64,000 nt of DNA from Terriglobia bacterium (GTDB lineage Bacteria; Acidobacteriota; Terriglobia; 20CM-2-55-15), in assembly GCA_965218585.1 (NCBI GenBank), contig CBDCLE010000002.1, forward strand, positions 224,001 through 288,000, read 5' to 3'. Shown here in pieces: positions 1-11,350 of the stretch. Within the stretch, counting starts at the first letter, position 1, and each line of letters opens with the position of its first letter. Made by a program: the position numbers and the translations under genes. Under the pieces are notes generated by a model. That model was given only the letters and a program-made list of their open reading frames with translations, was not told the origin of the DNA and searched no databases.

Positions 1-371
1 GATCCGCAAGCCTGAGTCGCTCGACGCAGCCGTTCTGGGGAGTGACAGCTGCCATAACAGGGAGGGCCCTTGGCGTAATGAACGAAAAATTGATGCGTTC
101 CGCTGCTGGTGCCGGGTTGGCAAGGAAGATCTGAAATTCCTTCAGGCTCACCATGAAGGTTTCGTTAGAGCGGTTCCGAGTCGGGTGTCGGTTCCATCGT
201 TTAGAGTGCCTCGTGTCGAACAGCAAAAAACTCGGAAAAGAATACTAGCGGAGGAGGCTAGAAGCAATCACTGTCTCAAGTCCTGACAAACGAACTTCCC
301 GGACGCTGAGATTTCTTGGCCAACGGGAGATGTCTGAACCTGCTACGCAGCTCGTAGCTCAGACTTCTTCT

Positions 372-2804
372 CTAACCGATAACTAGGTTAAGAATCTTGT
401 TCTTAACGTAGATCTTCTTGCGGATTTCTTTGCCGTCCAGGTGCCGGCTCACGACGGAGTCTTCCATTGCGGCATTGAGGACGACGGATTCTTCAGAATC
501 CATGTCGACGGTAACCGTGCCGCGCATCTTGCCATTGATCTGAACGGCCACTGTAACAGTGTCGAACTTCGTATAGGCGTCATCCCAGCCGGGCCACGTC
601 TGGTTGAAGATCGACGGCTCGTGTCCCGTTCGCTCCCAGAGTTCATCGGCAAAATGGGGCGCAAAGGGAGACATCAGAATCAGGAATGTCTCAACGGTCT
701 CCCGGTCGGGAGCTTCCCCAATCGCCTGAACTTCATTCAAGAACTCCATCATCGCGCTGACTACGGTATTCAGACGAAATCCTTCGAGCCGTTCGGTGAC
801 CTTCTTTACGAGGAGATGCCGCTGAGTCAGGATCGGGCGGGACCCAGACTCGGGCCATGACCCGTTGTGATCGAGAACCCAGACCCAGGCGCGTTTCAGG
901 AAACGATGGACGCCGTCGATACCGCGGTCGTTCCATTCGGCATCCATTTCAGGAGGACCAACAAAAAGTTCGTAAAGTCGTAGTGAGTCGCAGCCATGAC
1001 TGCGGACCAGGTCGTCCGGGTTGACGACGTTCCCTTTGGACTTGGACATCTTCTCGACGCGTCCACTCTTGCCCTTGCGCGTGATCATGCCCTGGTTCAA
1101 GAGACGGACGAACGGTTCTTCGAACTCGACGACGCCGATGTCGTAGAGAAACATCGTGAAGAAACGGGCGTAAAGGAGGTGGAGAATGGCATGTTCGACA
1201 CCTCCCACGTACATGTCTACCGGCAGCCATGGCTTTCCGGTTTCGTTCAGCAGATGGTCGTCGTCACGGGGTGAGGTATAGCGCAGGAAGTACCAGGAGG
1301 ATCCGGCCCACTGGGGCATAACATCGGTTTCACGCCGCCCCTCGGCACCGCACTTGGGACACGGCACCCGGATCCAGTCTTCGATTGCGGCCAGCGGAGA
1401 CTCCCCCGTGCCGGTCGGCTCATAGCGCTCGACCTCCGGCAGTCGAACGGGAAGATCCGCTTCGTCCACTGGGACCTGCCCACACTTTTTGCAATGGATG
1501 ATCGGAATAGGTTCTCCCCAATACCGTTGGCGCGAGAACACCCAGTCGCGCAGCCGGTATTGAATAGTTCCCTTCCCCAGTTGCTTGTCTTCCAGAAACG
1601 CAGTGATTGCCTTCCGGCCTTCGGCCGCATCCATGCCGGTGAAATCGTCTGACTGGATCATCTTGCCGTCGCCGGTGTATGCCGCTTCGGCTATGCCCTG
1701 CTCGGACGAAATCACTTCCCGGATTTCTAGGTCGAACTTCTTTGCGAACTCGTAGTCGCGTTCGTCATGAGCCGGAACAGCCATGATTGCGCCGGTTCCG
1801 TAACCCATGAGGACGTAGTCGGCGACCCAGATCGGTATCTTTTCGCCGTTCACCGGGTTGATCGCATAAGACCCGGTGAAGAGTCCGGTCTTGTCTTTAA
1901 CTACTGCAGTTCTGTCGATCTCTGAGGCGTTTCGTGCCGCTTCGACATAGGCTTCAACGCCAGACATGCGATTCGTCTCTGTCAGAGTCGGAACCAGAGG
2001 GTGTTCCGGTGCCAACACCATGTAGGTCGCACCAAAGAGCGTGTCAGGTCGGGTTGTAAAAATGACCAGGGGATGTTCGTTGCCGTCGGGATCGAGAGCG
2101 GTAAACGTCGTTTCCGCACCTTCGGATCGTCCGATCCAGTTCCGCTGCATCGTCTTGACCTTCTCCGGCCACTCCAGAGGTTCCAGGCCATCGAGCAGGC
2201 GGTCGGCATACTTCGTGATCCGAAGCATCCACTGCTTCATGTCTTTCTTCCCAACCAGAGTGCCACAGCGTTCGCACTCACCGCCGACGACTTCCTCGTT
2301 CGCCAGGACTGTCTTACAACTGGGGCACCAGTTGATCGGCATCACGTCCTGGTAGGCCAGGCCTTCCCTGAACATCTTGACGAAGATCCATTGAGTCCAC
2401 TTGTAGTAGTCCGGATCGGTTGTGTCGATCTCACGAGTCCAGTCGTACATCGGACTCATTTCGATGAGCTGACGCCTGAACGTTGCGATGTTCTTCCGGG
2501 TGTTGATTGCGGGGTGAATGCCGTTTTTTATAGCATCGTTTTCCGCGGGCAGACCGAAGGCATCCCATCCCATCGGATGGAGGACGTTATGACCTTGGAG
2601 CGCTTTGTAGCGGGACCACGCATCGGGAAGGACATAGCTGCGCCAATGACCCACATGGAGGCCGGCTCCGGACGTGTAGGGAAACATGTCCAGACAGTAG
2701 TACTTGGGGCGCGGATCGTCGTTCCGTGCTTCGTAAAGGTTGGCCTCCGCCCAGTACTTTCGCCATTTCTCTTCGATTTCTTTAAAGTCGTATTCAGGGG
2801 ACAT
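372..2804 (-). CDS. leuS: Leucyl-tRNA synthetase
   Basis: 810 aa; MFPYTSGAGLHVGH (HIGH-type) and KMSKS motifs, CP1 editing domain (TTRPDT, GTGAIMAVPAHD). Confidence 0.98.
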   Translation of the reverse strand: MSPEYDFKEIEEKWRKYWAEANLYEARNDDPRPKYYCLDMFPYTSGAGLHVGHWRSYVLPDAWSRYKALQGHNVLHPMGWDAFGLPAENDAIKNGIHPAINTRKNIATFRRQLIEMSPMYDWTREIDTTDPDYYKWTQWIFVKMFREGLAYQDVMPINWCPSCKTVLANEEVVGGECERCGTLVGKKDMKQWMLRITKYADRLLDGLEPLEWPEKVKTMQRNWIGRSEGAETTFTALDPDGNEHPLVIFTTRPDTLFGATYMVLAPEHPLVPTLTETNRMSGVEAYVEAARNASEIDRTAVVKDKTGLFTGSYAINPVNGEKIPIWVADYVLMGYGTGAIMAVPAHDERDYEFAKKFDLEIREVISSEQGIAEAAYTGDGKMIQSDDFTGMDAAEGRKAITAFLEDKQLGKGTIQYRLRDWVFSRQRYWGEPIPIIHCKKCGQVPVDEADLPVRLPEVERYEPTGTGESPLAAIEDWIRVPCPKCGAEGRRETDVMPQWAGSSWYFLRYTSPRDDDHLLNETGKPWLPVDMYVGGVEHAILHLLYARFFTMFLYDIGVVEFEEPFVRLLNQGMITRKGKSGRVEKMSKSKGNVVNPDDLVRSHGCDSLRLYELFVGPPEMDAEWNDRGIDGVHRFLKRAWVWVLDHNGSWPESGSRPILTQRHLLVKKVTERLEGFRLNTVVSAMMEFLNEVQAIGEAPDRETVETFLILMSPFAPHFADELWERTGHEPSIFNQTWPGWDDAYTKFDTVTVAVQINGKMRGTVTVDMDSEESVVLNAAMEDSVVSRHLDGKEIRKKIYVKNKILNLVIG

Positions 2805-2825
2805 CGCTACTCAAAAAAGGAGCCC

Positions 2826-2926
2826 AAAATGGGGTCAGAGCCCTATCTCCCTATTCCTAAACTAGAATAAACGGAACGCCAAATCGGGGAAATAGGGCTC
2901 TGACCCCATTTTTCTGACCCCATTTT
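2826..2926. repeat. REP/MITE-like inverted repeat pair plus an extra partial copy
   Basis: aaaatggggtcagagccctatctccc (2826-2851) vs gggaaatagggctctgaccccatttt (2887-2912), 25/26 complementary; extra tctgaccccatttt at 2913-2926. Confidence 0.8.
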
Positions 2927-2927
2927 C

Positions 2928-3332
2928 TCATTCCCACTCTATGAGGTTGCCCTTTAGGTCCATAGCGTCGTTGGCCAGTCCGTCGGCATCTTTATTTAAC
3001 TCCCGACGTACGTGCTGAATAGAAAAATCAGGGATCAACGCGATCCACCGACGGGCGCTTTCATATAGCGGACGAATGTTTTCGTTCCGCACCTTATAGC
3101 TTCCCTGGATCTGCTTGACGACGAGTTCGGAATCGGAATACACCTTCAGCGTTTCGGAACGTTGTGCAACGGCGAACTTCAACGCCACTATCAGTGCAGA
3201 ATACTCCGCGAAGTTATTCGTCTGCGTTCCCAGATACTCGGCAATCCGCGCCACTCCCGGAAAATATACGCCAAGACCGGCGGGGCCAGGGTTTCCCCTG
3301 GAGCCACCGTCGATATAGACCTCCATGGTCAT
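2928..3332 (-). CDS. rnhA: Ribonuclease HI
   Basis: YIDGGSRGNPGPAG, TNNFAEY, SDSELVVKQ and HVRRELNKDADGLAN motifs of RNase HI. Confidence 0.93.
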   Translation of the reverse strand: MTMEVYIDGGSRGNPGPAGLGVYFPGVARIAEYLGTQTNNFAEYSALIVALKFAVAQRSETLKVYSDSELVVKQIQGSYKVRNENIRPLYESARRWIALIPDFSIQHVRRELNKDADGLANDAMDLKGNLIEWE

Positions 3333-4060
3333 GCCACTTCGAAAGGATGATCTAGGTTTTCCGGATCGTATAGGATGCGGCTACAGCTGTCGCAGCTGAT
3401 GATGGTGGAGTTCTTGCGCACTTCCTGAAAGACCTGTGGTCGCATGCGGACGTTGCAGACGTCGCAGGCCTCGTCGCTGGCGGATGCCAGCGCAACGCCA
3501 CCACGTGCCCCCCGCACACGCTCGTAACGCGACAGGATGTCCTCATCGATGTCTTTCTCCAGGCCGGTCCGCTCTTCAAGATAGGCCTCAAGCGTGCCAG
3601 TGTCCTGCCGGTTCGACTCTTCCAGGCTCACCCGTTCGGTCCGGACCATCTTCTGGTCTTCGGTGAGGACAGTTTCAGCGCTCTCGAGGTCCCAGGTCAG
3701 GGACTCGGATTCTTCCATAAGGACAAGGATCTGGTCTTCTTCCTTCTGAATCCCTTCCTGGCTGTAGTCGATCTCCTTGACCATCGCCTTGTATTCCTCG
3801 TTGGTCTTAACCGACATCAGTTGCTCACGGTACTTGGAGATCTTGGCTTCGATGTCGGCGACTTTCGACTCAAGTTCTTTCCGTCGTGCCTGATTTTTCT
3901 TGATGGCATCCTTTACCTGGTCCACTCCAGCAATGGCATTGCTGAGCTTTTCATCTAAGGCTTTGGACTTCGCCGGAAACGCACCTGTCTTGTCGCGTAG
4001 CTCCTGGACTGCAATGTCGACTGCTTGCAGTCGGATCAGTTTCTTCAGATCAATGTGCAT
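3329..4060 (-). CDS. Coiled-coil protein with C-terminal C4 zinc ribbon (DUF164-like)
   Basis: Long coiled coil, then CDVC...CDSCSRILY; usual position upstream of RNase H. Confidence 0.9.
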   Translation of the reverse strand: MHIDLKKLIRLQAVDIAVQELRDKTGAFPAKSKALDEKLSNAIAGVDQVKDAIKKNQARRKELESKVADIEAKISKYREQLMSVKTNEEYKAMVKEIDYSQEGIQKEEDQILVLMEESESLTWDLESAETVLTEDQKMVRTERVSLEESNRQDTGTLEAYLEERTGLEKDIDEDILSRYERVRGARGGVALASASDEACDVCNVRMRPQVFQEVRKNSTIISCDSCSRILYDPENLDHPFEVA

Positions 4061-4218
4061 CGTTCAACATGCGTCCAACACTCATCCAATTATGTATCCG
4101 ATATGCATCGGGTGGGGGGTTCGGACAGGCGGAGCAACCGGATTGGGGACGATCCCGACACGGGCATCGCTCACAGGGTCACCTCAGACAACTCTCCCAT
4201 TGCTGCATCCCAAAAAAA

Positions 4219-4292
4219 TGGGCCCAGTAGGACTCGAACCTACGACAACCCGGTTATGAGCCGGGGGCTCTAACCGACTGAGCTATGGGCCC
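4219..4292 (-). tRNA. tRNA with CAU anticodon, probably tRNA-Ile2 (lysidine-modified)
   Basis: Minus strand GGGCCCATAGCTCAGTCGGTTAGAGCCCCCGGCTCATAACCGGGTTGTCGTAGGTTCGAGTCCTACTGGGCCCA folds as a cloverleaf. Paired 1-72, so not an initiator. Lies directly after rpoD like E. coli ileX. CCA not encoded. Confidence 0.92.
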
Positions 4293-4365
4293 GATTGCGC
4301 GGATTACGGCGGATTGTTTCGATCGACCCATGCCATCCCCGTAGTCAACCCGCGCCATCTGTGTA

Positions 4366-6073
4366 TCAGTCGTGACCAGTACCATCAAGAAACGCTCGGA
4401 GCCGACGGCTCCGGCTGGGATGCCTCAGCTTCCGGAGCGCCTTGGCTTCGATCTGCCGGATCCTCTCGCGTGTCACAGCAAAGTTCTGTCCCACCTCTTC
4501 CAGCGTGTGCTCGGTACCGTCTTCAAGACCGAATCGCATCTTGATCACTCGTTCTTCGCGCGGCGTGAGCGTATTCAGAACCTGCTCGGTCATTTCCTTC
4601 AAGTTGACGTTTATGACTGCGTCAGACGGAGAGACCACACCCCGGTCTTCGATGAAGTCACCCAGATGGGAATCTTCTTCCTCGCCGATCGGCGTCTCCA
4701 GTGAAATCGGCTCCTGAGCGATCTTAAGGACCTTTCGAACCTTGGATACATCGATGTCCATCCGCTCGGCGATCTCTTCGCTGGTGGGTTCTCGTCCCAA
4801 CTCCTGCACCAGAGCACGCGACGTACGGATCAATTTGTTGATCGTCTCGATCATGTGAACGGGAATACGGATCGTCCTGGCCTGATCGGCAATCGCACGC
4901 GTAATAGCCTGCCGGATCCACCAGGTCGCGTACGTCGAGAATTTATAACCTCTCCGATACTCGAACTTGTCGACAGCCTTCATCAAACCGATATTGCCTT
5001 CCTGGATCAGGTCAAGAAACTGCAATCCGCGGTTCGTATACTTTTTGGCGATCGACACCACCAGCCTCAGGTTGGCCTCAACGAGTTCCCGTTTGGCGTT
5101 CTCCGCTTCGATCTGACCGCGAACGACCGTCTGCAGCGTCCGACGCACCTCCAGTGCCGTCGTCTTGTTTTCCTCTTCGAAAGCTTTCAGCTGTTGTTTG
5201 ACCGCACGGATCTCCTTTTGGACATTCTTACGATAGTCCTTTTTCGTGTGGTCGGCCTTCCTCTGCAAACGGGCCAACTCACGCTCGAGAGGGCGGACTG
5301 TGCTGACTGCCTCACGCACGAGAACAATCAGTGCCGTCTTCTTATTCGCGGAGTATCCCAGGCTCCGAACGAGACGGGAGAGCTTCACCCTGTGCCGACC
5401 CAGTTTCCAGCGCGCTTTACGATGCTCCTTGGATTTTCGGGTTTTGGGAATCGAATCCAGCTTTGTGCGAAGCGTGTTCGCCCTGCGATACCCCTTGCCA
5501 ATACCGGCGATAGTGTCGACCGTCTCAGCGTGCTTGGCCTCGACTCTGTCTTCAGTAAGATCCTCTTCCGTAAACTGAATGATGTCCTTGATGATGCTGG
5601 GATCCTTCTTGAGTTGATCACCCAGACCCATGATCTCCCGAATCACGATGGGCGAACGGGACACGGACTGGAGGGCCCTCAGATGCCCCCGCTCAATCCT
5701 TTTCGCAATCTCGACCTCGCCGTCGGCGCGTCAACAGCGGCACAGTACCCATTTCCCGGAGGTACATCCGAACCGGATCATTCGTCTTTTCCAAGGCACC
5801 TGGCGTCAGATCCAGTTCGACAGTGGCGGGCTTACTGTCCCCTCCAGCTTTCTTATCTCGAGCGGGTTTTTCTGAAGCGAAAGACTGGTCTTCAGTTTCG
5901 ATGACTTCGATTCCGACGGCGCTGAACGCAGCAAACAGCTCCTCAAGATCCTCGGCAGACGCTGTGATTTCCGGGGGAAGGATGTTGCTCACTTCGTCAT
6001 AGAGCAAGTAACCCTTCTCCTTGCCCATGTCGATCAGCTTCTGCACTTCGTCGTACTTTTCTTCGAGTTTCAT
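4366..6073 (-). CDS. rpoD: Primary sigma-70 factor, frameshifted near 5725-5730 (likely sequencing error)
   Basis: ORF 5693-6073 has region 1.1/1.2 ([17 protein letters not shown]); ORF 4366-5664 has regions 2-4 ([41 protein letters not shown]). Follows dnaG. Confidence 0.95.
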
Positions 6074-6248
6074 GATCCTCCAGGTGCTAACTGTCTAATT
6101 TATGAAGCATTTATGCGTAATCGCCGCGCTTGGGGAATCCTGTTTTCCGTGGTGAGTAAATCGGGCGCATTCCGACAGATAACCAAAATAGGCATGGATT
6201 ATTCATTTTCAAGAGTTTAAGCACGATTTTTTTCACAATTCTCAGTAT

Positions 6249-7964
6249 TTATGACTGCATGGCCTTGAGTCTGGATTTCTCGGTGGCAATCTCCATCTGC
6301 CGCCGAACTAGCTCGGGTGGCGCAGACCCGGACTTGTAAGTTTCCAGCTCGGCCCGAATGGCCTTCTCTGTTTTGACGAGATGCGCCTGATAGAGCTGCC
6401 CCATGGAGACAATGGCGACTTCCGGGGAGATCTTCCCGAACGGCTCCATCACCGCTTCACGAACTTCCCTTTCCAACTCTCCATCCTCCAAACCATCGAG
6501 CGCCTGTTCGATATTCACCCGCGGATCCTGGATCAACTTCTCGATCAAGCGGCCCGCCCAGATACCGGAAAGGAACTCACTCCCCTCGCCTCCAACGAAT
6601 CGCTCAAGCGAGGTCGCGATGCCCGGATCCTGAAGCACGGCCTGGATAATCTGCTTTTCGGCTAAAGTCAGCCTCTGTTTTCGAGGCGCCCTTCCAGCAG
6701 CAGCCGTCGGCTTCCGTCCGGTCTTGAGCTGCTCCATGACCAGGTCCGGGGGCAGATGGAATCTCTCGCTGACGGCTCGAGCGATTTCCAGTTGCACCAC
6801 CCGATCTGAAATACGTGTCACGTATCCCAGGATCTCTCCGACCATGCGGGACTTCACCTCTGGCCGGGAAAGATCCGCCTCAGCCTCAGCCCTCTCTATC
6901 AGGTGTTCCCAGAAATAGGGGGCCTGATCCAGTTGGAGACGATACTTGTCGGCGCCTTCGGCGCGGACAAAGTCGTCGGGATCCATGCCTCCGGGCAGAG
7001 TCAGGATCCGAACCGTCAACCCCCGTTCGAGCAGGAGCTCGATCGACCGTTTTGCTGCATTCTGGCCAGCAGCGTCGGGATCGTAATTGACAACCACCTC
7101 CGGAACGTAACGCGCCAGTATCCCGACCTGCTGCGCGGTCAGGCTGGTACCACAGGACGCTACGACGTTACGCACCCCGCTCTGATGCAGGCTCAGACAA
7201 TCGAAGTAGCCTTCCACAACCACCATTCGGCCAGCCTTCCGGGCCTCGTTCTTGGCTAGATGCAGGCCGTATAAGACGAACGACTTCGAGTAGAGCGGAG
7301 ATTCCGGCGAATTCAGGTATTTGGGTTGGCCGTCTCCAATAATGCGCCCGCCAAAAGCGATGACCTTTCCTCTCTCGTTCCATATCGGGAACATCAGGCG
7401 TCGGCGAAAACGATCGTAAACCTCTCCATTGTCGTTCTTCTGGAAAAGGCCGGAACCGAGAGGATCCTTCGGCTTCAGAAGTTTCAGCAGGCCGTAGGGC
7501 GGTGCATAGCCCAAACCGAACCGCTCGATAAACTCGGGACGAATTTCCCGATCCTCCAGAATCCTCTGCGCACCCTGCGCTTCGGACGTGCCGAGGCGCG
7601 TTGCGAAATACCCCGCGGTCTTTTCATAGATCTCCAGAAGCGCTTCACGCTCCCGGGCCGAAGCGTCGTCCTTCGAGGAAACCTTGGGAACAGGTATGCC
7701 GCACTTTTCGGCCACGATCCGGATCGATTCCGGGAACGAGACGCCTTCGGCCAGCATCACGAACTTGAAAACGTCACCCCCAACGCCACATCCGAAGCAA
7801 TGGAATATCTGCTTCTCTCCATGAACGGAAAAAGACGGCGTCTTCTCGGTATGAAACGGGCAGAGACCCTTCAGACTCTTAGACGTTCCCTTCAGCGTGA
7901 CGTAGTCGGAAATCACGCGCACGATGTCGGCGGACAGACGAATCGATTCAGCTAAATTGCTCAT
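6249..7964 (-). CDS. dnaG: DNA primase
   Basis: CPFH..CFGC zinc finger, KYLNSPES, VVEGYFD and DPDAAG Toprim motifs. Confidence 0.98.
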   Translation of the reverse strand: MSNLAESIRLSADIVRVISDYVTLKGTSKSLKGLCPFHTEKTPSFSVHGEKQIFHCFGCGVGGDVFKFVMLAEGVSFPESIRIVAEKCGIPVPKVSSKDDASAREREALLEIYEKTAGYFATRLGTSEAQGAQRILEDREIRPEFIERFGLGYAPPYGLLKLLKPKDPLGSGLFQKNDNGEVYDRFRRRLMFPIWNERGKVIAFGGRIIGDGQPKYLNSPESPLYSKSFVLYGLHLAKNEARKAGRMVVVEGYFDCLSLHQSGVRNVVASCGTSLTAQQVGILARYVPEVVVNYDPDAAGQNAAKRSIELLLERGLTVRILTLPGGMDPDDFVRAEGADKYRLQLDQAPYFWEHLIERAEAEADLSRPEVKSRMVGEILGYVTRISDRVVQLEIARAVSERFHLPPDLVMEQLKTGRKPTAAAGRAPRKQRLTLAEKQIIQAVLQDPGIATSLERFVGGEGSEFLSGIWAGRLIEKLIQDPRVNIEQALDGLEDGELEREVREAVMEPFGKISPEVAIVSMGQLYQAHLVKTEKAIRAELETYKSGSAPPELVRRQMEIATEKSRLKAMQS

Positions 7965-8138
7965 TCAAGAACGGTAGGGCGTCCTGTAAAGATGGAAATC
8001 AGACAATTTATACTATCGCCAGTGGAAATAGCAACACTAGTGTCCTTCCAGAATGGGACTGATGGGGTCATAGTCGGGGCGAGATAAAACGCATCGTTAG
8101 GAAAAGACGCTCGATCCCTGACTAACCTCAATTTTTTC

Positions 8139-10485
8139 TCAGTTTTTCAACGTGGCAACAGTAGCGCCAGATCCACCCTGATTCTGAGGTGCGGCCCGAA
8201 ACCCTCGACTTGAGCGTGCGTCTCCAGAAACTCCGATATCGCGCGCCGGAGAACGCCCATCCCCGAGCCGTGGACGATACGGACGATTGAAAGCCCGGTC
8301 AGGAAGGCGTCATCCAGGAATTTGTCCAACCGCTCGATAGCTTCCTCAACCCGACAACCGATCAGGTTGATTTCGTTTGAGTCCATCTGCTTTTCAGAAA
8401 AATCATAGCTGACGTTTCGGGGTAGTTCCACCGGAGGCGACACAACCTCGATGTCATTGAGAGGCCGACGCATCTTCATGTTGCCAACCCTCACCTCGAC
8501 CTCAGAGGTCATGACTTCTGAAACGAGCCCTTCGACACCCAAAGAAACTACACGGACACGGGAACCGGGGCTAGGAGGCTCGGCCACCGGGACTGGAGGT
8601 GAGTCAGTAGCTTCCGCTTCGGTTTCCTTCTGCTCGCGGCGGATCTGAGCACTGGCCTGTACCCGCGCCCGCTCCAGCGTTCTCTCGAATCGTTTCTTAG
8701 CCTCGCGGCCTGCCACTTTAAGCTCTTTGCTCGCGGCGTCGCGAATCTCTTCAACGATCGCGTCCAGCCGGCTTTCTATCCGGGCCAGTTCTTCGCGACG
8801 CTCACCCTCTAACCGGACGCGCATACCGGCCTTCCAATCTTCGAACTCCCGCCGTTCGGCCTCGAGTTCTCGTTTTTCACCTTCCAGGCTTCGGACCCGC
8901 GCCTTGAGCTCTTCGACGTACCGGGCGGCATCCAGTTCGCTTCGATCCAGTGACGTTCTCGCGGTTTCGATCAGGGTTAACGGTAGGCGCAAGCGCTCGG
9001 CAATTTTCAAACCGCTCGACTGTCCCGCCAGACCATCGATCAGCAGGTAGGTCGGTTCCAGCGTCTCATCGTTGAACTCCATTGCGGCATTCCGGACACC
9101 ATCGGTGGTCTCGGCGTACATCTTCAGCCGGTTGTAGTGGGTCGTAGCGAGAGTGAGGGAACCGACACCCCGAAAATGCTCGAGAACGGCGGCGGCCAAT
9201 GCAGCGCCCTCTGTCGGCTCGGTGCTCGAACCGATCTCGTCAAGCAGGATCAAAGAGTGCTCCGAGGCCGAGGCGACCATTTCCGAAACCGTGAGAACGT
9301 GGGCCGAGAATGTGCTGAGCTGGTTCGCGATGGATTGCTGGTCGCCGATGTCCGCAAATACGTGATCGAGAATCGGTAGCCGGGCTTTCTCTGCAGGGAA
9401 CGGGAATTCCGGACTGAGCCATCAGCGACAGCAGGCCGAGGGTCTTCAACACGACCGTTTTTCCCCCGGCATTCGGGCCACTGATCACCAGGACACGCTC
9501 ATTCGGCTCCATTTCCAGGGTCAACGGGACGGTTTTCGCGCCTTCAGATCGCAAGCCTGAATCCAGAAGGGGGTGGCGGGCAGAAACCAGGGAAAGGCCC
9601 ACCGTCGGAAAACTCCGGGCTCATACAGTTAAAAGTCCCGGCCCCAGCTGGCAATGCCGAAGAGCACATCCATCTCAGAACGCAAACGAGCCGCAGCCTT
9701 CAGATCGTCAGTCGAAATCTGAATCCTGTCGGTCAACTCGCCCAGTATCCGCCCGACCTCGTGCATCTCCTCGTCTTCCAGATGCACGATGTCGTTGTTC
9801 ATCTCGAGGGTTTCGAGCGGCTCCATGAACACGGTGGCTCCGCTGGAAGAAGTGCCATGAACGATTCCGTTCACACTCCGTTTCTGTTCGGTCCGGATCG
9901 GTATGACATATCGTCCGTTACGTATGGTGACCAGCTGATCCTGAAGTTGGTCGGAGAACTCTTCGCTCTTGAGGATCGATTCCAGCTTGCGGTTGAGTCG
10001 CGCCCGCGCCTTTTCGAGTTCACGCCGCAAACGTTTGAGCGTCGGGCTGTAGTCCTCGTTGACCTCGCCCCCGCGGACAGCACGCCCCAACAGGTCGCGA
10101 AGATCCTTGAAGTCGGGGTAAGCCCTGGCCTTCCGAGCAAGCAGGGGAAAGTCGGAATCGTCTGCCTTCCACCGTGTCCTGAAGGCTTCGGATTCAGAGA
10201 GAAAATCTCCGACAGCCTCTATTTCGCCGATGGTCAGAGTAATTCCGGGGAGACCGATTCGATCGATGACCGAGGGCAGGAGCGTGATGTCGGCAAACAC
10301 GACACGGTGTTCACCCAGATACGCCATCGCCTCTCGATTCAGGGCATGACTTGCGATAAGCGTGTCTTTATTATTTGTCGGTTTGAGACCCTCCAGCCTG
10401 TCCCGTCCTCCCGGACTTCGGACGTAAGGGCTCCAGGAGTTCCTTGAACCGGGTTGTATTCGAGAGGTTCGGGCGAGAAATCCAT
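8139..10485 (-). CDS. mutS2: Endonuclease MutS2, split by several frameshifts
   Basis: Pieces 9629-10327 ([15 protein letters not shown]), 9240-9602 ([11 protein letters not shown]-loop) and 8147-9280 ([11 protein letters not shown], Smr domain IVHGSGMG). The C-terminal [12 protein letters not shown] ends at 8139 in another frame; probable ATG at 10485. Confidence 0.9.
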
Positions 10486-11231
10486 CAAAGACGGTTGATC
10501 AGACTGGCAACGACACCTGCGCCGTAGCCGTTGTCAATGTTCACCACAGTCACATTCGAGGCACACGAATTGAGCATTCCCAGCAGGGCGGCGACGCCTC
10601 CGAAACTCGCGCCGTAACCCACGCTGGTGGCCACAGCGATCACCGGCATTCCGACCAATCCGCCCACTACGCTGGGTAAGGCCCCCTCCATTCCCGCGAC
10701 AACTATCAGAACACGCGCATCCGCAAGGCGGTCGCGTCGGTCGAGAAGCCGGTGCAATCCCGAAACACCAACGTCGAATAAGGCGTCGACTTCGTTTCCC
10801 ATCACATTGAGGGTCACAACGGCCTCCTCAGCAACGGGGATATCTGAGGTGCCGGCCGAAACAACCATGACCGTTCCCTTTCCTTTAACTTCCTGGTCCT
10901 TGATTATCGCAATCGCACCCGAACGGGCATGGAAGCAGGCCTCGGGTGCCAGTTCCCGGACGCGCTCATACGCGGAGGCATTGGACCGGGTGACCAGAAC
11001 ATTGTGGTCCTGCCGCAGCATGACGCGAACGATTTCGACCAGTTCCTCTTCTGTCTTGCCCGCCCCGAACACAACTTCCGGATAGCCCTGCCGAAGAGAC
11101 CGGTGATGGTCAACGTTGGCAAAGTCCAGATCTTCGAACGGCAGATTTCGAAACCGGTCTATGGCGTCGTCCACCGACATCTCACCGTTCCGATAGTTCT
11201 CCAGAACACGCCTGATTTCGTCTTCAGTCAT
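10485..11231 (-). CDS. larB: Nickel-pincer cofactor biosynthesis protein LarB (PurE-like)
   Basis: [40 protein letters not shown] and NIDNGYGA motifs. Likely start MTEDE at 11231. Confidence 0.92.
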   Translation of the reverse strand: MTEDEIRRVLENYRNGEMSVDDAIDRFRNLPFEDLDFANVDHHRSLRQGYPEVVFGAGKTEEELVEIVRVMLRQDHNVLVTRSNASAYERVRELAPEACFHARSGAIAIIKDQEVKGKGTVMVVSAGTSDIPVAEEAVVTLNVMGNEVDALFDVGVSGLHRLLDRRDRLADARVLIVVAGMEGALPSVVGGLVGMPVIAVATSVGYGASFGGVAALLGMLNSCASNVTVVNIDNGYGAGVVASLINRL

Positions 11232-11350
11232 AAGAAGAAGCGCCAGCGAAAAGTTAAGAGGGACGAGCCAGGAAAAAACTCCGGTTCCCCGCGGGTGACG
11301 CGTCACTCACAGCACTATACCCAAAAACTACTGGCGTTCCATACTGAGGT

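Noticed and set aside
2-154. Possible N-terminus of a minus-strand gene running off the left edge (MVSLKEFQIFLANP...)
   Set aside because: Only ~50 codons visible and no recognisable motif.
4065-4215. GC-rich spacer between the tRNA and the zinc-ribbon gene as 6S, SRP or RNase P RNA
   Set aside because: No SRP GGAA loop motif, RNase P P4 signature or convincing long 6S rod could be identified by eye.
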